Notes under the pieces: generated by a model | What the model was told of the DNA's origin: nothing | Seen by the model: only the letters and a program-made list of their open reading frames with translations | The model's database searches: none | Virus record (IMG/VR): IMGVR_UViG_3300044648_000086 | Location: 1-45,778 of that record | From: a virus | Lineage: Duplodnaviria; Caudoviricetes | Length of the DNA stretch: 45,778 nt | Direction: 5' to 3' (one strand) | Part shown: positions 25,726 through 35,198 of the stretch, one piece after another | Layout: every line of letters begins with the position of its first letter | How positions within the stretch are numbered: position 1 is the stretch's first letter | Position numbers and translations under genes: made by a program

Positions 25726-27423
25726 TCAGGCGAAGCCCTGGACCACGTTGGTCAGGGCATTGTTTCCGGACATGTCCGCGCCGGCCAAGTCCTTGGCGGT
25801 GGCCGCCATGCGTTCGGCCGCTTCGGCTTCGGCCTGCGCTTGCATGGCCTGCGCGCGCTGCTGGCGCAGTGCATCGACCTCGTCGTCGCCGCGGATGATC
25901 TCGGGGTCGACGCCCAGGTAGTTGGCCGCCTTGTCGATGGCCTTGTCCATGTCGATCTTGTCCCAGACGCTGGGGTCCTGCTTGGCCGCGGCGATCGAGG
26001 CGACCGCGCCGATGATGCGGTCGACGCCGGACATGCTCACCGAGCGCTGGGCCTGCGACAAGAGGCCGATGAACTCGGTCTGGATCTCCTGGCCTTCGAG
26101 CTCGGGCGGCGGCGGCGGCAGGATGCCCGCCTCGATCATCGCGTCGAACGTGATGTCGATCATGGGCTGCAGCAGCTCGTTCTCGATGTTCTCCACCACG
26201 GGGCCGAGCATCAGCAGCTTTTCGCTGTGGATCTCGGCCACCTCGCGCGCCGTGCGGTCGCCGCGGCCTTCGAGGTGCGACAGGAACAGGAACAGGTCTG
26301 CGAAGAACGCGCGGTCGATGCGCTTGCGCACGTCGCCGATGTCCAGCAGCAGGTGGTCGAGCCGCAGCTCAACGTCGAACGCGGTGCGCACCGCGTTGTT
26401 CGGGCCAACCGCGTCGACGTAGGTGACACCGCCGGGGAGGAAGTCGTTGTCCTGGTTCTTCAGCGCAGTCGGCACCTGCAGCGGGGGCTTGGTCTGGTAG
26501 TCGATGACCTGGCCCTTGCGCAGCTGCTCGTGCTGCAGCTGCATGATGTCGCCCAGCGCCACGATGCCTGGCCAGCGGCTGGCGTAGATGTCGCTGCCGC
26601 GGGTCTGCCAGCGCGTGGCCAGTGCCGGGAAGCGCTTGTAGCCCGACTCGCTGAGCACCTTGTCCTGGTCGCCGGCGCCCGCCTCGATGTAGATCGACTC
26701 GAAAGGCATGTTGCGCGAGTCGAGCTTGCGCGTGTCGCGGTCCTTGCGCGGCTGGATCAGGTGCTGCACCGGCACCCACTTGTCCACGTTGTGGCGGTCC
26801 CACATGTTTTTGATCGTGTGCGAGACCTTTGACCAGTCCTCGCTGCCGCCGCGCATCACGTAGCGGCCGACGATCTGGCCGACCGTCATGTCCAGCTTGC
26901 GGGCCAGCGTGTTCACCTCGCCGCGGTCGTCGGTGCTGATGCAGAACTCGCCGGCAGTGAGCGGATAATGCCGGATCACGGATTGGAAGTCGGGTAGCAG
27001 CACGTCGGCCAGCGTGCCGTAGGCGCCCAGTTCGCCGTATAGCGAGTGCAGCGCCTTGTAGGTGTTCGAGCGGCTGAAGATGGTGCGCATCTTCTGCGTG
27101 ACCAGGTCGCACCAGCTGCTGACCGCCTTCGAATTCATCAGGTCGGTGTCTTCGGTCTCGTTCTTCAGCCACGGCCGGGCCGGGCTGGTCATGCCCGACT
27201 GCATGCCGGCGGCCAGCGTGTCGAGTGCATAGGTCGCGGTGCTGTCGAGAATTTCCCGATTGCGCTGCGACGTGCGGTTCTGGCTGCTCGCCAGGCTGCC
27301 GCTGGACAGGGGCAGCAGCACACGGTCGATGTCCTGCCAGTCGGCCATGCGACCCGAGCGCTCGGTCTCCAGAGCGCCGATGCGCTGCTGGACGCGTTGG
27401 CGGGTGGTTTGCGGGGCGATCAT
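25726..27423 (-). CDS. Portal (head-to-tail connector)
   Basis: LAAGMQSGMTSPARPW; FFADLF; TAREVAE...EKLLMLGPV. Confidence 0.93.
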   Translation of the reverse strand: MIAPQTTRQRVQQRIGALETERSGRMADWQDIDRVLLPLSSGSLASSQNRTSQRNREILDSTATYALDTLAAGMQSGMTSPARPWLKNETEDTDLMNSKAVSSWCDLVTQKMRTIFSRSNTYKALHSLYGELGAYGTLADVLLPDFQSVIRHYPLTAGEFCISTDDRGEVNTLARKLDMTVGQIVGRYVMRGGSEDWSKVSHTIKNMWDRHNVDKWVPVQHLIQPRKDRDTRKLDSRNMPFESIYIEAGAGDQDKVLSESGYKRFPALATRWQTRGSDIYASRWPGIVALGDIMQLQHEQLRKGQVIDYQTKPPLQVPTALKNQDNDFLPGGVTYVDAVGPNNAVRTAFDVELRLDHLLLDIGDVRKRIDRAFFADLFLFLSHLEGRGDRTAREVAEIHSEKLLMLGPVVENIENELLQPMIDITFDAMIEAGILPPPPPELEGQEIQTEFIGLLSQAQRSVSMSGVDRIIGAVASIAAAKQDPSVWDKIDMDKAIDKAANYLGVDPEIIRGDDEVDALRQQRAQAMQAQAEAEAAERMAATAKDLAGADMSGNNALTNVVQGFA

Positions 27424-27704
27424 TGGCCCAGCAGGGTGTTCTTGCCCAGGTTGAGGCTGCCCGCGTCGACGCCGGCGGCGCCCGTCAGGAACGTGCTGCG
27501 GTTGCCGGCCATGGCGCCGCCCGGGGCAGCGCTGGCGGCGTTGGCGCCGACGGTGGCCTTGCGGTCAGGCGCCTTGGCGGCCTGTGCAGCTTGGGGCGGC
27601 GGCTCGGGCGGTTGGATCACCGGCGCGGGCGGCGCCTTCGGTTTCATCGCCTTGCCAAGCAGAGCGCCGCCCAGGGCGCCGAGCAGCGCGGTTTCGATAC
27701 CCAT
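27420..27704 (-). CDS. Small virion-associated protein upstream of the portal
   Basis: KPKAPP...STFLTG...GKNTLLGQ; RBS AAGGA. Confidence 0.8.
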   Translation of the reverse strand: MGIETALLGALGGALLGKAMKPKAPPAPVIQPPEPPPQAAQAAKAPDRKATVGANAASAAPGGAMAGNRSTFLTGAAGVDAGSLNLGKNTLLGQ

Positions 27705-27712
27705 GGTGGTCC

Positions 27713-29185
27713 TTAACGCGTTTTGTCGTAAGGATTGTGTTCACGCCGGGTGCGCTCGCGCGTACGGGCCGCCAGCCCGCGAGCTTTGGGGCTGACCGGA
27801 AAGGCGAAGGACAGGGCCAGCGCGTCGCCGCGGCCGGGCGACGGCAGCCCGCGCAGCTTCATGGCTTTCTTCGACTCCAGCTGGATCTTGCCGATGTTCT
27901 TTCCCGCGGCGTCGACGGTCTCCGGCCCGATCAGGTCGTCGTACAGCGCCTGGTCGTTCGGGTCGATGCAGCCGCCGGACTTGAGCCAGTCACGCACCGC
28001 GCCCCACATCTGCGCGCGCTTGTTCAGGTAGGCCGGATCGGAGCTCTCGCCGCCGAACCAGACCAGCTGCCAGTTGCGCATCATGTTGCGGCCGGCGCTC
28101 ACGATGCCCGTGCCGTAGCCTGCGTCGATGAACACGGCGTCGGCTTCGTGCTCGTCCTCGAGCTGCGCGAGCAGCGTGGCCACCTGCATGTCGTTGTCGT
28201 TCTTCGGAATGGTGCGGAGGATCCGGAAGTGCAGGCCCTGCCGCAGCCCGATCTCCAGCATGTCGTCGCCTTCCCATGCCGGGTCGCAGGTCAGGATCTT
28301 CGGCGCCCAGTCGTACTGCTCGGGCCGCAGGTGCCGGCTTCGCGCGGCGTCCACGTCCTCGGTGCTGATGAACTGCTTGGCCGACTGCGATGGGAACTGG
28401 CCGCGGATGCGGACCTTCACCAGGTCGCTGTCCTCGCCGTAGGTCTCCACGATCTCGTCGAGGTAGACCTTGTTCGTGCCCTCGACCGTGCGGCTGTCGA
28501 TCTGCCGCGTCGTCCACAGGTTGCGGAACTTGCGGAAGCACTCACGAAAGCGCCCGGTGTTGCGCGTGGGGTTGCCGAACGCGATCCAGATCACCTCGGT
28601 GTTCGCGTCGGTGCCGGCGCCCTCGGCCACCTCCCACACCTTGTCCGCAATGGCCGAGCCCTCGTCCATCACCATCAGGATGCGCTTGCCCTCGTTGTGC
28701 AGGCCGGCGAAGGCTTCGGTGTTGTTCTCGCTCCATGGCGTGGCGTCGGCGCGCCAGCTTTTCTCTGCGTCGGGGTCGGCGCTGTAGACGCTGGTGGCGG
28801 TCGTCTTGAACCATGCGCTGTTGTCGGCCAGGCGGAACCACTTGCTGACCTCGGGCCAGGTCTTCGTGCGCAGCTGGTTGTCGGTGTTGGCCGTGATCAC
28901 CACGCGGGTGTCGGCCATGGTCGACATGGCCCAGTGCGTGAGCTGCGCGATCAGCGCGGACTTGCCGATGCCGTGGCCGGAGGCAACTGCGATGCGCAGA
29001 GGCTTGAAGCGCGTGGCGGGGTCGCGCAGGTGCTCGCCGATCAGGCCCAGGATGTCGGCCTGCCATGTGCGCGGGCCGGGATGGTCGCGCAGTTCGCCGG
29101 TCTCGCCCCACGGATAGATGCACTGCACGAAGCCGAGCGGGTCGTGCTGGAACGACAGCACGTGGTCGATGTCCTCGTCGGTCAC
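27713..29185 (-). CDS. terL: Terminase large subunit
   Basis: VASGHGIGKS; DEGS; GNPTR; CDPA; SPGRGDALAL. GTG start coupled to the upstream stop. Confidence 0.92.
   Translation of the reverse strand: MTDEDIDHVLSFQHDPLGFVQCIYPWGETGELRDHPGPRTWQADILGLIGEHLRDPATRFKPLRIAVASGHGIGKSALIAQLTHWAMSTMADTRVVITANTDNQLRTKTWPEVSKWFRLADNSAWFKTTATSVYSADPDAEKSWRADATPWSENNTEAFAGLHNEGKRILMVMDEGSAIADKVWEVAEGAGTDANTEVIWIAFGNPTRNTGRFRECFRKFRNLWTTRQIDSRTVEGTNKVYLDEIVETYGEDSDLVKVRIRGQFPSQSAKQFISTEDVDAARSRHLRPEQYDWAPKILTCDPAWEGDDMLEIGLRQGLHFRILRTIPKNDNDMQVATLLAQLEDEHEADAVFIDAGYGTGIVSAGRNMMRNWQLVWFGGESSDPAYLNKRAQMWGAVRDWLKSGGCIDPNDQALYDDLIGPETVDAAGKNIGKIQLESKKAMKLRGLPSPGRGDALALSFAFPVSPKARGLAARTRERTRREHNPYDKTR
27734..27766 (-). 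promoter_or_regulatory. Putative late promoter (portal operon)
   Basis: CGTACGCGCGA-N16-CACAAT, inside the 3' end of terL. Confidence 0.68.
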
Positions 29186-29364
29186 GGGCAGATGTAGTCG
29201 CGGTACTTCGGCACCGTGAGCTGTCGCGGCCGGGGCACCGGGACCATCTCGCGCTCCAGCTGCTCGCGGAAGTACGGCGCCATGGGCGCGTGCGTGTCGC
29301 GCGGCCACTGCTCGTCGCCGCGGTTGTTCGGCCAGTCGTAACCGTCCTGGGTGGTCACAGCCAT
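29182..29364 (-). CDS. Hypothetical small protein
   Basis: Coupled to the terL start. Confidence 0.5.
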   Translation of the reverse strand: MAVTTQDGYDWPNNRGDEQWPRDTHAPMAPYFREQLEREMVPVPRPRQLTVPKYRDYICP

Positions 29365-29519
29365 CCGAGGCCTCGCAATGCGCGTTCGACGACGAGGTAC
29401 CACGCATAGAACGGGCAGAAGACCGCGGCGACCTTCCACCAGCCGGCCGCGTACACCACGCCAGCCAGCCACGCCAGTCCGGCGACGAGGCCGATAGCAG
29501 CTTCGGTGGCGCGGGTCAT
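29355..29519 (-). CDS. Small membrane protein
   Basis: MTRATEAAIGLVAGLAWLAGVV...PFYAWYLVVE; ATGA-coupled to terS. Confidence 0.6.
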   Translation of the reverse strand: MTRATEAAIGLVAGLAWLAGVVYAAGWWKVAAVFCPFYAWYLVVERALRGLGWL

Positions 29520-29962
29520 GCCAACGGCGCCCGGTTGCGCATGCGGTCGGCCAGGCTGATCTTCACTTCGCCGCTGTGCTCGACCTTCTGCAGCTCGCCG
29601 TAGCGCTTGGGGTCCCACTTGGCCAGCAGCTTTAGCCGGGTCTCGACGCGCAGCTTCGAACGCTGCACGTGCTCGGCGTTGAAGGCGACGGCCTTCGTGC
29701 CCGGCGTCACCTCCACACCCTCGATGAAGTCCTGCGCGGAATCGTCGGCGATGTTCAGGCACTGGGCGGCGAGCGCGTCGAAGCCGTCGTCACGGGCCTG
29801 GGCGAAGGCGGCCGCAAAGCCGTCGTGGTTGCGCTTCCAGTCGCTGACGGTGCGCACCGCGGGCATGCCCTCGCCGCGGCAGATCTCGGCCAGCGGGATG
29901 CCCTGCGACAGCTTCTCGCAGATCTCGGTCGCCACCTCGGGCGTGTACAGGCTCGGCCTCAC
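29516..29962 (-). CDS. terS: Terminase small subunit
   Basis: RPSLYTPE..EIC..L..G..L..IC...MP...TV..W; RSKLRVETRLKLLAKWDPKRYG. Confidence 0.88.
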   Translation of the reverse strand: MRPSLYTPEVATEICEKLSQGIPLAEICRGEGMPAVRTVSDWKRNHDGFAAAFAQARDDGFDALAAQCLNIADDSAQDFIEGVEVTPGTKAVAFNAEHVQRSKLRVETRLKLLAKWDPKRYGELQKVEHSGEVKISLADRMRNRAPLA

Positions 29963-30465
29963 CCCATCACCTCCTTGCGTCGCACGGGCACCTGGCCGCG
30001 GCGGCGGCCGCTGCACCAGTCCTGCACCGTGGACTTGCCCACCTCGAACTTCGCGGCCAGCCAGCCCAGGGTGTAGCCCTCAGCGCGCAGTTGCACGCAC
30101 AGGTCGACGTCGTGGTCGGATGCCTCGGCCCGGGGGTTCGATTCGCCGATGCGGTTTCCGCGTTCGTTGAGCTGCACGATGCGCTTGCCGAACCAGCGGG
30201 CCGCGTCAGGCTCGAGCAGCACCAGCAGCGCCTGCCGGGCCTTCGCGGTGGTGGCCTGCTCGACGCGCGGAGAGGACCAGACCTGCGCACCGCAGTGCAG
30301 GTTGCGGGCCTGCAGCACGAGCGCGGCGCGCAGCCGCGGCGGCACCCTCGCGACCATCGCATCGAAGTCCCGCAGCAGCGAATCGTCCAGCCGAGTGGCA
30401 GCGTGCACCCAGCGGTGCCAGCGGGCCAGCAGGTCGTTCAGCGGTTGGTCTCGGTTCGTTTTCAT
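29959..30465 (-). CDS. Putative transcription regulator with a C-terminal HTH
   Basis: LNDLLARWHRW N-terminus; IGESNPRA...LAAKFEVGKSTVQDWCSGRRR. Confidence 0.7.
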   Translation of the reverse strand: MKTNRDQPLNDLLARWHRWVHAATRLDDSLLRDFDAMVARVPPRLRAALVLQARNLHCGAQVWSSPRVEQATTAKARQALLVLLEPDAARWFGKRIVQLNERGNRIGESNPRAEASDHDVDLCVQLRAEGYTLGWLAAKFEVGKSTVQDWCSGRRRGQVPVRRKEVMG

Positions 30466-30482
30466 GGCTTCGCATTTCCGTG

Positions 30483-30515
30483 ATGGTGGTCAACGAATTT
30501 GGTTTCGCGCGTACG
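30483..30515 (-). promoter_or_regulatory. Putative late promoter (packaging operon)
   Basis: CGTACGCGCGA-N16-CACCAT. Confidence 0.68.
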
Positions 30516-30585
30516 CGTGAAGGTGGCGGATTGATCGTGCTGAAAATTACAGGTCGGCCAGTCCTCACGTGCTCCCGATTGAACG

Positions 30586-30770
30586 TGCAGAAAATCGCGC
30601 TTTCCTGCATCTTGGGGTTGCACCACTGCACCACTGCACCACCCCTTAAGGGGTGTGGTGCGGTGCGGTGCAGCAGTGCAGGATTGCCGTTGCACCTTGT
30701 GCACCGTGGTGCAGTCGTGGTGCACATGGTGCAGGTCAATCTGTCGAGAATTGCACGTAGCTTTTTGCAT
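30586..30770. repeat. Probable replication origin: TGCA-rich iterons around a palindrome
   Basis: (TGCACCAC)x3 at 30619-30642, palindrome CACCCCTTAAGGGGTG at 30640-30655, many inverted GGTGC(A); directly downstream of the primase-helicase. Confidence 0.65.
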
Positions 30771-30778
30771 GTTCGTGC

Positions 30779-32761
30779 TCACCCGATGCTCAAGCAGTCG
30801 CCGTCGACGATGTAGGGGCTGTCCGGCTCGTCAGCCAATGCCTGCAAAGCGCGCTTGGCGTGCTGCTTTCTCGTGTCCCGCTTGCCCTGCTCGGGCGCCG
30901 GCCCCCGCTCCGCTGCGGCGTCGATCACGGCCTGGATCTCGATGCCCGCGGTCTGCGCCTGCGCGAACTCGTTGATGACGGCCACGACCAGCTGCTCCCA
31001 CTTGCCCAGGCGCCGCTTCATGTCACCGATCTGCTGCACCGCCGGCGCCTCGGTCTCGCGGATGACGCAGCTGGTCACGACGTCGCCGTCGTCATCCACG
31101 CCCACCGGCACCACGTCGAGCTCGAAGCCCCACACCTGGCCGTCCTCGCCATCCTTCTGCTTGGTGACCTTCAGCATTCGGCCGGTAGGCAGCCGCAGCA
31201 CCTCGAGCTGGGCGTCCATGGCGCCTTTCAGGCCGGACCAGCCGCGCGCCCCGCGGCTCTGGTCCTTGCCCGAGTGGTGCACCAGCATGACGGGGGCCCC
31301 GGTGGCCGTGTTGATGCCCCGGCAGTTCTTCAACGCCTGCCCCATGTCCTCGCCAGCGTTCTCGTTCGCACCAGAGGTGACCTGGGCGAAGGTGTCGATG
31401 ATCACCAGGTCGGCGCCGCCGGCGGCCACGATCGCCTTGCACACGTCGACCGCGTCCTTGTGCTCCAGCAGGTTGGGCGCCGCGTGGATGACGCCGATCT
31501 CCAGGTCGTCGAGGCTGATCCCGTGCTTGGCGGCGTACGCCTTCAGCCGGCTGCGAAAGCCCGCGCCGCCCTCGGCCACGATGAACACCACCCGGCCTTT
31601 GCGCGTGCGCTTGCCGCGCCACTCGATGCCGCGCGCCACCGCGGCGCCCATGTCCAGCGCCAGGAACGACTTGCCGCTGCCCGACTCTCCGAACAGCATC
31701 ACCACCTCGGCACGCGGAAGGACGTCCTTGATCACCCAGCCCGGTGGCTTGCCCGCGGCGAACTCGCCGGCGGGCACCACCTTGAACCGGGCCGGCTTCG
31801 CGGGAGTCTCGGCGACGGTCTCCACCACGTCGAAGTCGTCAGCCTCCAGCTGCGCGATCTCGATGTGCGCGCCCTGGTCGTTGGCCATGCGCACAAGCGC
31901 GTGCGCGGTGGTGGGGCGCTGGCCGCCGCGGCCGAAGGACTCCCAGCGCTGCTGCAAGGCGTCGCGCCCGGGGTACTGTCCGCCGCGGGAGGACCACTCG
32001 TCCCAGAGCTCGAAGCCCTCGCCCGCGGTCTCGTGGTGCAGCGCCATGCCGATGCGCAGCCACGGGTCATGGCCCATGCTCGGATCCAGCACGTCGAGCG
32101 CTTCCTGCAGCTGGCCGGCGGTGAGGCCCAGCGGGTCGACGGAGGACGTCGGCGCGGCCTCGCTCGACACCTCGGCGCGGCCGAAGCGCGCGGCGCAGGC
32201 CGCCAGCACGTCGCCGGTGACCTCGGCCACCGTGTTCGCCGCGTCGGTCAGCTCGGTGATGTCCAGCCGGTTGCCGGTGACCGTAACGAAGCCCTTGCTG
32301 CTGAAGGTCTCGAAACCGAACGGCTCGCCGTGCGCCTTGCGGTTGCCCAGCTCGCCGCGCATGAAGGCGCGCACGCCCTGGCCGGAGGGCGACCACTCCG
32401 CATAGGTGCCGGCCACCAGCCGCTCGACGTCAGGGTGCACGCCGCCGTCGACGATGCAGTGGTCGAAGTCCAGCGCCACGATCTTGAAGTCGGGCATGGG
32501 GCAAAAGCCCACGCCGTCCATGCCGCGGCGCGCGGCGGCCGTCTTCGCGGCATCGAACGTGGTCAGCTGCTGCCGGTCCTCGAGGCGGCCCTGGACGCCG
32601 TGCCGGCGCGCGCCGTTGGCGTAATAGGGCACCTTGCGCGGCTTGGCTTCTCCGTCATGGTGCTCGTACCGCCAGCACAGCCAGGCCTGCAGCCCGCGCA
32701 GGGCATCGGGGCACTGGATCGCGGCGACGTGGGGGCGGATGGTGGTCACCGGGCTGGTCAC
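30779..32761 (-). CDS. Primase-helicase (prim-pol + PriCT-2 + RecA-like AAA_25)
   Basis: KPRKVPY, LDFD, SPSGQGVR; WLRIGMALH...WDEWS; GESGSGKS, IIDT, VHHSGKD...RGWS. Confidence 0.92.
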   Translation of the reverse strand: MTSPVTTIRPHVAAIQCPDALRGLQAWLCWRYEHHDGEAKPRKVPYYANGARRHGVQGRLEDRQQLTTFDAAKTAAARRGMDGVGFCPMPDFKIVALDFDHCIVDGGVHPDVERLVAGTYAEWSPSGQGVRAFMRGELGNRKAHGEPFGFETFSSKGFVTVTGNRLDITELTDAANTVAEVTGDVLAACAARFGRAEVSSEAAPTSSVDPLGLTAGQLQEALDVLDPSMGHDPWLRIGMALHHETAGEGFELWDEWSSRGGQYPGRDALQQRWESFGRGGQRPTTAHALVRMANDQGAHIEIAQLEADDFDVVETVAETPAKPARFKVVPAGEFAAGKPPGWVIKDVLPRAEVVMLFGESGSGKSFLALDMGAAVARGIEWRGKRTRKGRVVFIVAEGGAGFRSRLKAYAAKHGISLDDLEIGVIHAAPNLLEHKDAVDVCKAIVAAGGADLVIIDTFAQVTSGANENAGEDMGQALKNCRGINTATGAPVMLVHHSGKDQSRGARGWSGLKGAMDAQLEVLRLPTGRMLKVTKQKDGEDGQVWGFELDVVPVGVDDDGDVVTSCVIRETEAPAVQQIGDMKRRLGKWEQLVVAVINEFAQAQTAGIEIQAVIDAAAERGPAPEQGKRDTRKQHAKRALQALADEPDSPYIVDGDCLSIG

Positions 32762-33741
32762 ACAAGGTCCCCGCAGAACTTCGCCAGCTGTTCCTCGTGC
32801 AGCCGGCGCATGTTCGCGCAGGCCTGGGTCCAGTAGGAGGTTTTCAGCTCGAAGCCGACCCCGCGACGGCCGGCGTCGACGGCGCAGTACACCTCACTGC
32901 CGATGCCCATGAACGGCGTCAGCACGGTCTCGCCTTCGTTGGACCAGAGCTCGATGCACCGCTCGATCACATCGAGCTGCAGCGGGCTGATGTGCAGCTC
33001 GTCCTTTTCGTCGCGGGCGCTGCGGTACTGCAGGGTACGGGTCTGGCGGATGTCGGTCCAGACCGGCGAGGCGTAACGCTGCCACGTCATGATCGAGACC
33101 CACTGCTTGAACGGCCACGGCTCGCGCCCTTCGGCGCGGATCTTCGCGGCGTCGCGATCGTAGGCCTCGCGACTCACGTCGACGGCGTCGCCGACGTAGC
33201 GCTCGAGCTCGCCGGCGATGGCCACCTCGTTGTCACCGGGCTTGCGGAAGGTGACGATGTAGTCGGCCAGCCCCTGGCCGCTGAGGGCGCTGTCTTTGCA
33301 CAGCTGCTTGTGCAGAAGGCGGATGCTCTTGGTTCGCTGCTGGGCGACCACCGGGTCCTTCCAGATGCACACCTCGGAGTGGAACAGCCAGCCGGCGTTT
33401 TGGTAAGCGCGCACCACATCGCCGCGGAAGTCGCGCATGCCGATGAACCCTTCGCGGGTCTTCGTGGCCGGCAGCTGCATCACGTGCACGCTGTGCAAGC
33501 GGCCTGGCATAGCCACCCGGAACAGCTCACGAATCAGGAAAGCGTAGTGCTCCCAAAACGCGCCGCCCTCGTTGTTCGACACGTCCCGGTCACTGTTCGT
33601 GAACTTGTACAGCCCCTCGAACGGCGGGCTGTGGATGCCGAAGTGGACGCTGTTGTCGGGCACCGCGCGAATGAGTTCGCAGGCGTCGCCGTGGTAGATC
33701 GCATAGTCGTCAGTGACGACCTGGTCGATGGCCTTGATCAT
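32758..33741 (-). CDS. DNA amino-methyltransferase (beta class, SPPF)
   Basis: HSPPF catalytic motif near the N-terminus; TPFMGIGSE SAM-binding motif near the C-terminus. Confidence 0.9.
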   Translation of the reverse strand: MIKAIDQVVTDDYAIYHGDACELIRAVPDNSVHFGIHSPPFEGLYKFTNSDRDVSNNEGGAFWEHYAFLIRELFRVAMPGRLHSVHVMQLPATKTREGFIGMRDFRGDVVRAYQNAGWLFHSEVCIWKDPVVAQQRTKSIRLLHKQLCKDSALSGQGLADYIVTFRKPGDNEVAIAGELERYVGDAVDVSREAYDRDAAKIRAEGREPWPFKQWVSIMTWQRYASPVWTDIRQTRTLQYRSARDEKDELHISPLQLDVIERCIELWSNEGETVLTPFMGIGSEVYCAVDAGRRGVGFELKTSYWTQACANMRRLHEEQLAKFCGDLV

Positions 33742-35198
33742 GCTGCCTCGCGCAGCCACGCCGGCAGGGCGACGGGCACAGTGGGGAAATAGTCGTCGGT
33801 CTCGCGCGCGGCGCCGTGCACGAGCTCGCTGGAAAGGTCCGCCATTTCGCGGACCATGGCATCGGCCATGCGATCGGCGTCAGCCTCTTTGCGGCGCAGG
33901 TTCTCCAGCACCGCGCCCTCGGTCGACGCAGCGATGAAATGCGCAGTCACGGGGCTGCGCTGGCCGTAGCGCCAGAATCGGCGCACGGCCTGATACACCT
34001 GCTCGAAGCTGTCGTTCAGGCCGACGAAGCCGGTGTCGGCGCAGTGCTGCCAGTTCATCCCGAACCCTGCGATCGATGGCTTCGTGACCAGCACGCGGAT
34101 CTCGCCGGCGGAGAACGCCTTGAGCTTGCGCTCCTTGTCGTCCTCCTTGTCCGAGCCACGCACTTCCACCGCCCCAGGGATGGCCGCGGCCAGCGCCTCC
34201 GATTCAGCGTTCAGGTTGCACCACCAGACGAAGTAGCCCTCGGCCGGCGTGAGCTCCACGGCACGAGCCACGCGCACGTCGATGCTGTCGCGGCGCGCCC
34301 GCAGCCGTTCACCAAGGGTGGCGGCGCGCACGCCATCCACCTGGATGATGTGTTCCTCTTGGCGCAGCGCCGGCAGCGCGTATGCGCCGTCGTTGTAGCC
34401 CAGGTCCGAGGGGCGACGCAGCAGCACCGACCAGCTGCACATCCACTGCCAGAACGCCTGCTCGGCGTGACCCTTGAGTCGATAGGTGCCGGTGTCGCTC
34501 GCGTCGTGGGTGAAGAAGGTCGCCTGCATACCGTGCAGCGACATCACGCCCAGGAACTCGGCATGGTTGCCCAGCTCGGTGAAGTCGTTCGGCGCCGGCG
34601 TAGCGGTGGCGGCCAGTCGGTAGGGCACCTGCGCGCACAGCTCGATCAGCTGGTTGCGGGTCTTGCCGTCGAAGGCCTTGAGGATGCTGCTCTCATCGAG
34701 GATGACGCCGACGAACTTGGACAGGTCGAAGTGGTGCAACTTCGCGTAGTTGGTGACCGTGATTCCCGGCTCGACATCGGCCTGCGTGGCGCATTGCTTG
34801 GCCGGCAGTCCGAACTTTTCGGCCTCGCGAACCATCTGCGCAGCCACCGCCAGCGGCGTCAGCAGCAGCACGTTGCCGCCGGTCTCCTGATGCACAGCGC
34901 GCCCCCAGGCCAGCTCGATGAACGACTTGCCCAATCCGGTCTGCGCGAACACCGCAGCGCGCCCGCGGCGCAGCGCCCACCGCACGATGTCGTGCTGGAA
35001 CGGGAAGAGCTGAGCGGGAAGGTCCGGGAAGCTGCGAAGCCCGGTGTCGGGATCCATGCGCGTCTTGCGGCGCAGGAATTCAGCATAGGAAGCGCCTGCT
35101 GTGTCTGCACCGTCCGACGCGCGCAGGACTGGTCCTACCCCACCAGCGTCAAAAAAAGGGCGCTGGGCGCCCGTGAATGGCCGCTGCGAAACGGTCAT
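33738..35198 (-). CDS. SF2/SNF2-like helicase coupled to the methyltransferase
   Basis: LFPFQ, TGLGKS, LDESS, TATPAPND, GFGMNWQ, QAVRRFWRYGQ. Confidence 0.9.
   Translation of the reverse strand: MTVSQRPFTGAQRPFFDAGGVGPVLRASDGADTAGASYAEFLRRKTRMDPDTGLRSFPDLPAQLFPFQHDIVRWALRRGRAAVFAQTGLGKSFIELAWGRAVHQETGGNVLLLTPLAVAAQMVREAEKFGLPAKQCATQADVEPGITVTNYAKLHHFDLSKFVGVILDESSILKAFDGKTRNQLIELCAQVPYRLAATATPAPNDFTELGNHAEFLGVMSLHGMQATFFTHDASDTGTYRLKGHAEQAFWQWMCSWSVLLRRPSDLGYNDGAYALPALRQEEHIIQVDGVRAATLGERLRARRDSIDVRVARAVELTPAEGYFVWWCNLNAESEALAAAIPGAVEVRGSDKEDDKERKLKAFSAGEIRVLVTKPSIAGFGMNWQHCADTGFVGLNDSFEQVYQAVRRFWRYGQRSPVTAHFIAASTEGAVLENLRRKEADADRMADAMVREMADLSSELVHGAARETDDYFPTVPVALPAWLREAA

Noticed and set aside
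35150-35161. Slippery C CCT TTT TTT near the helicase 5' end
   Set aside because: The gene is open without a shift, and no useful alternative product was identified.
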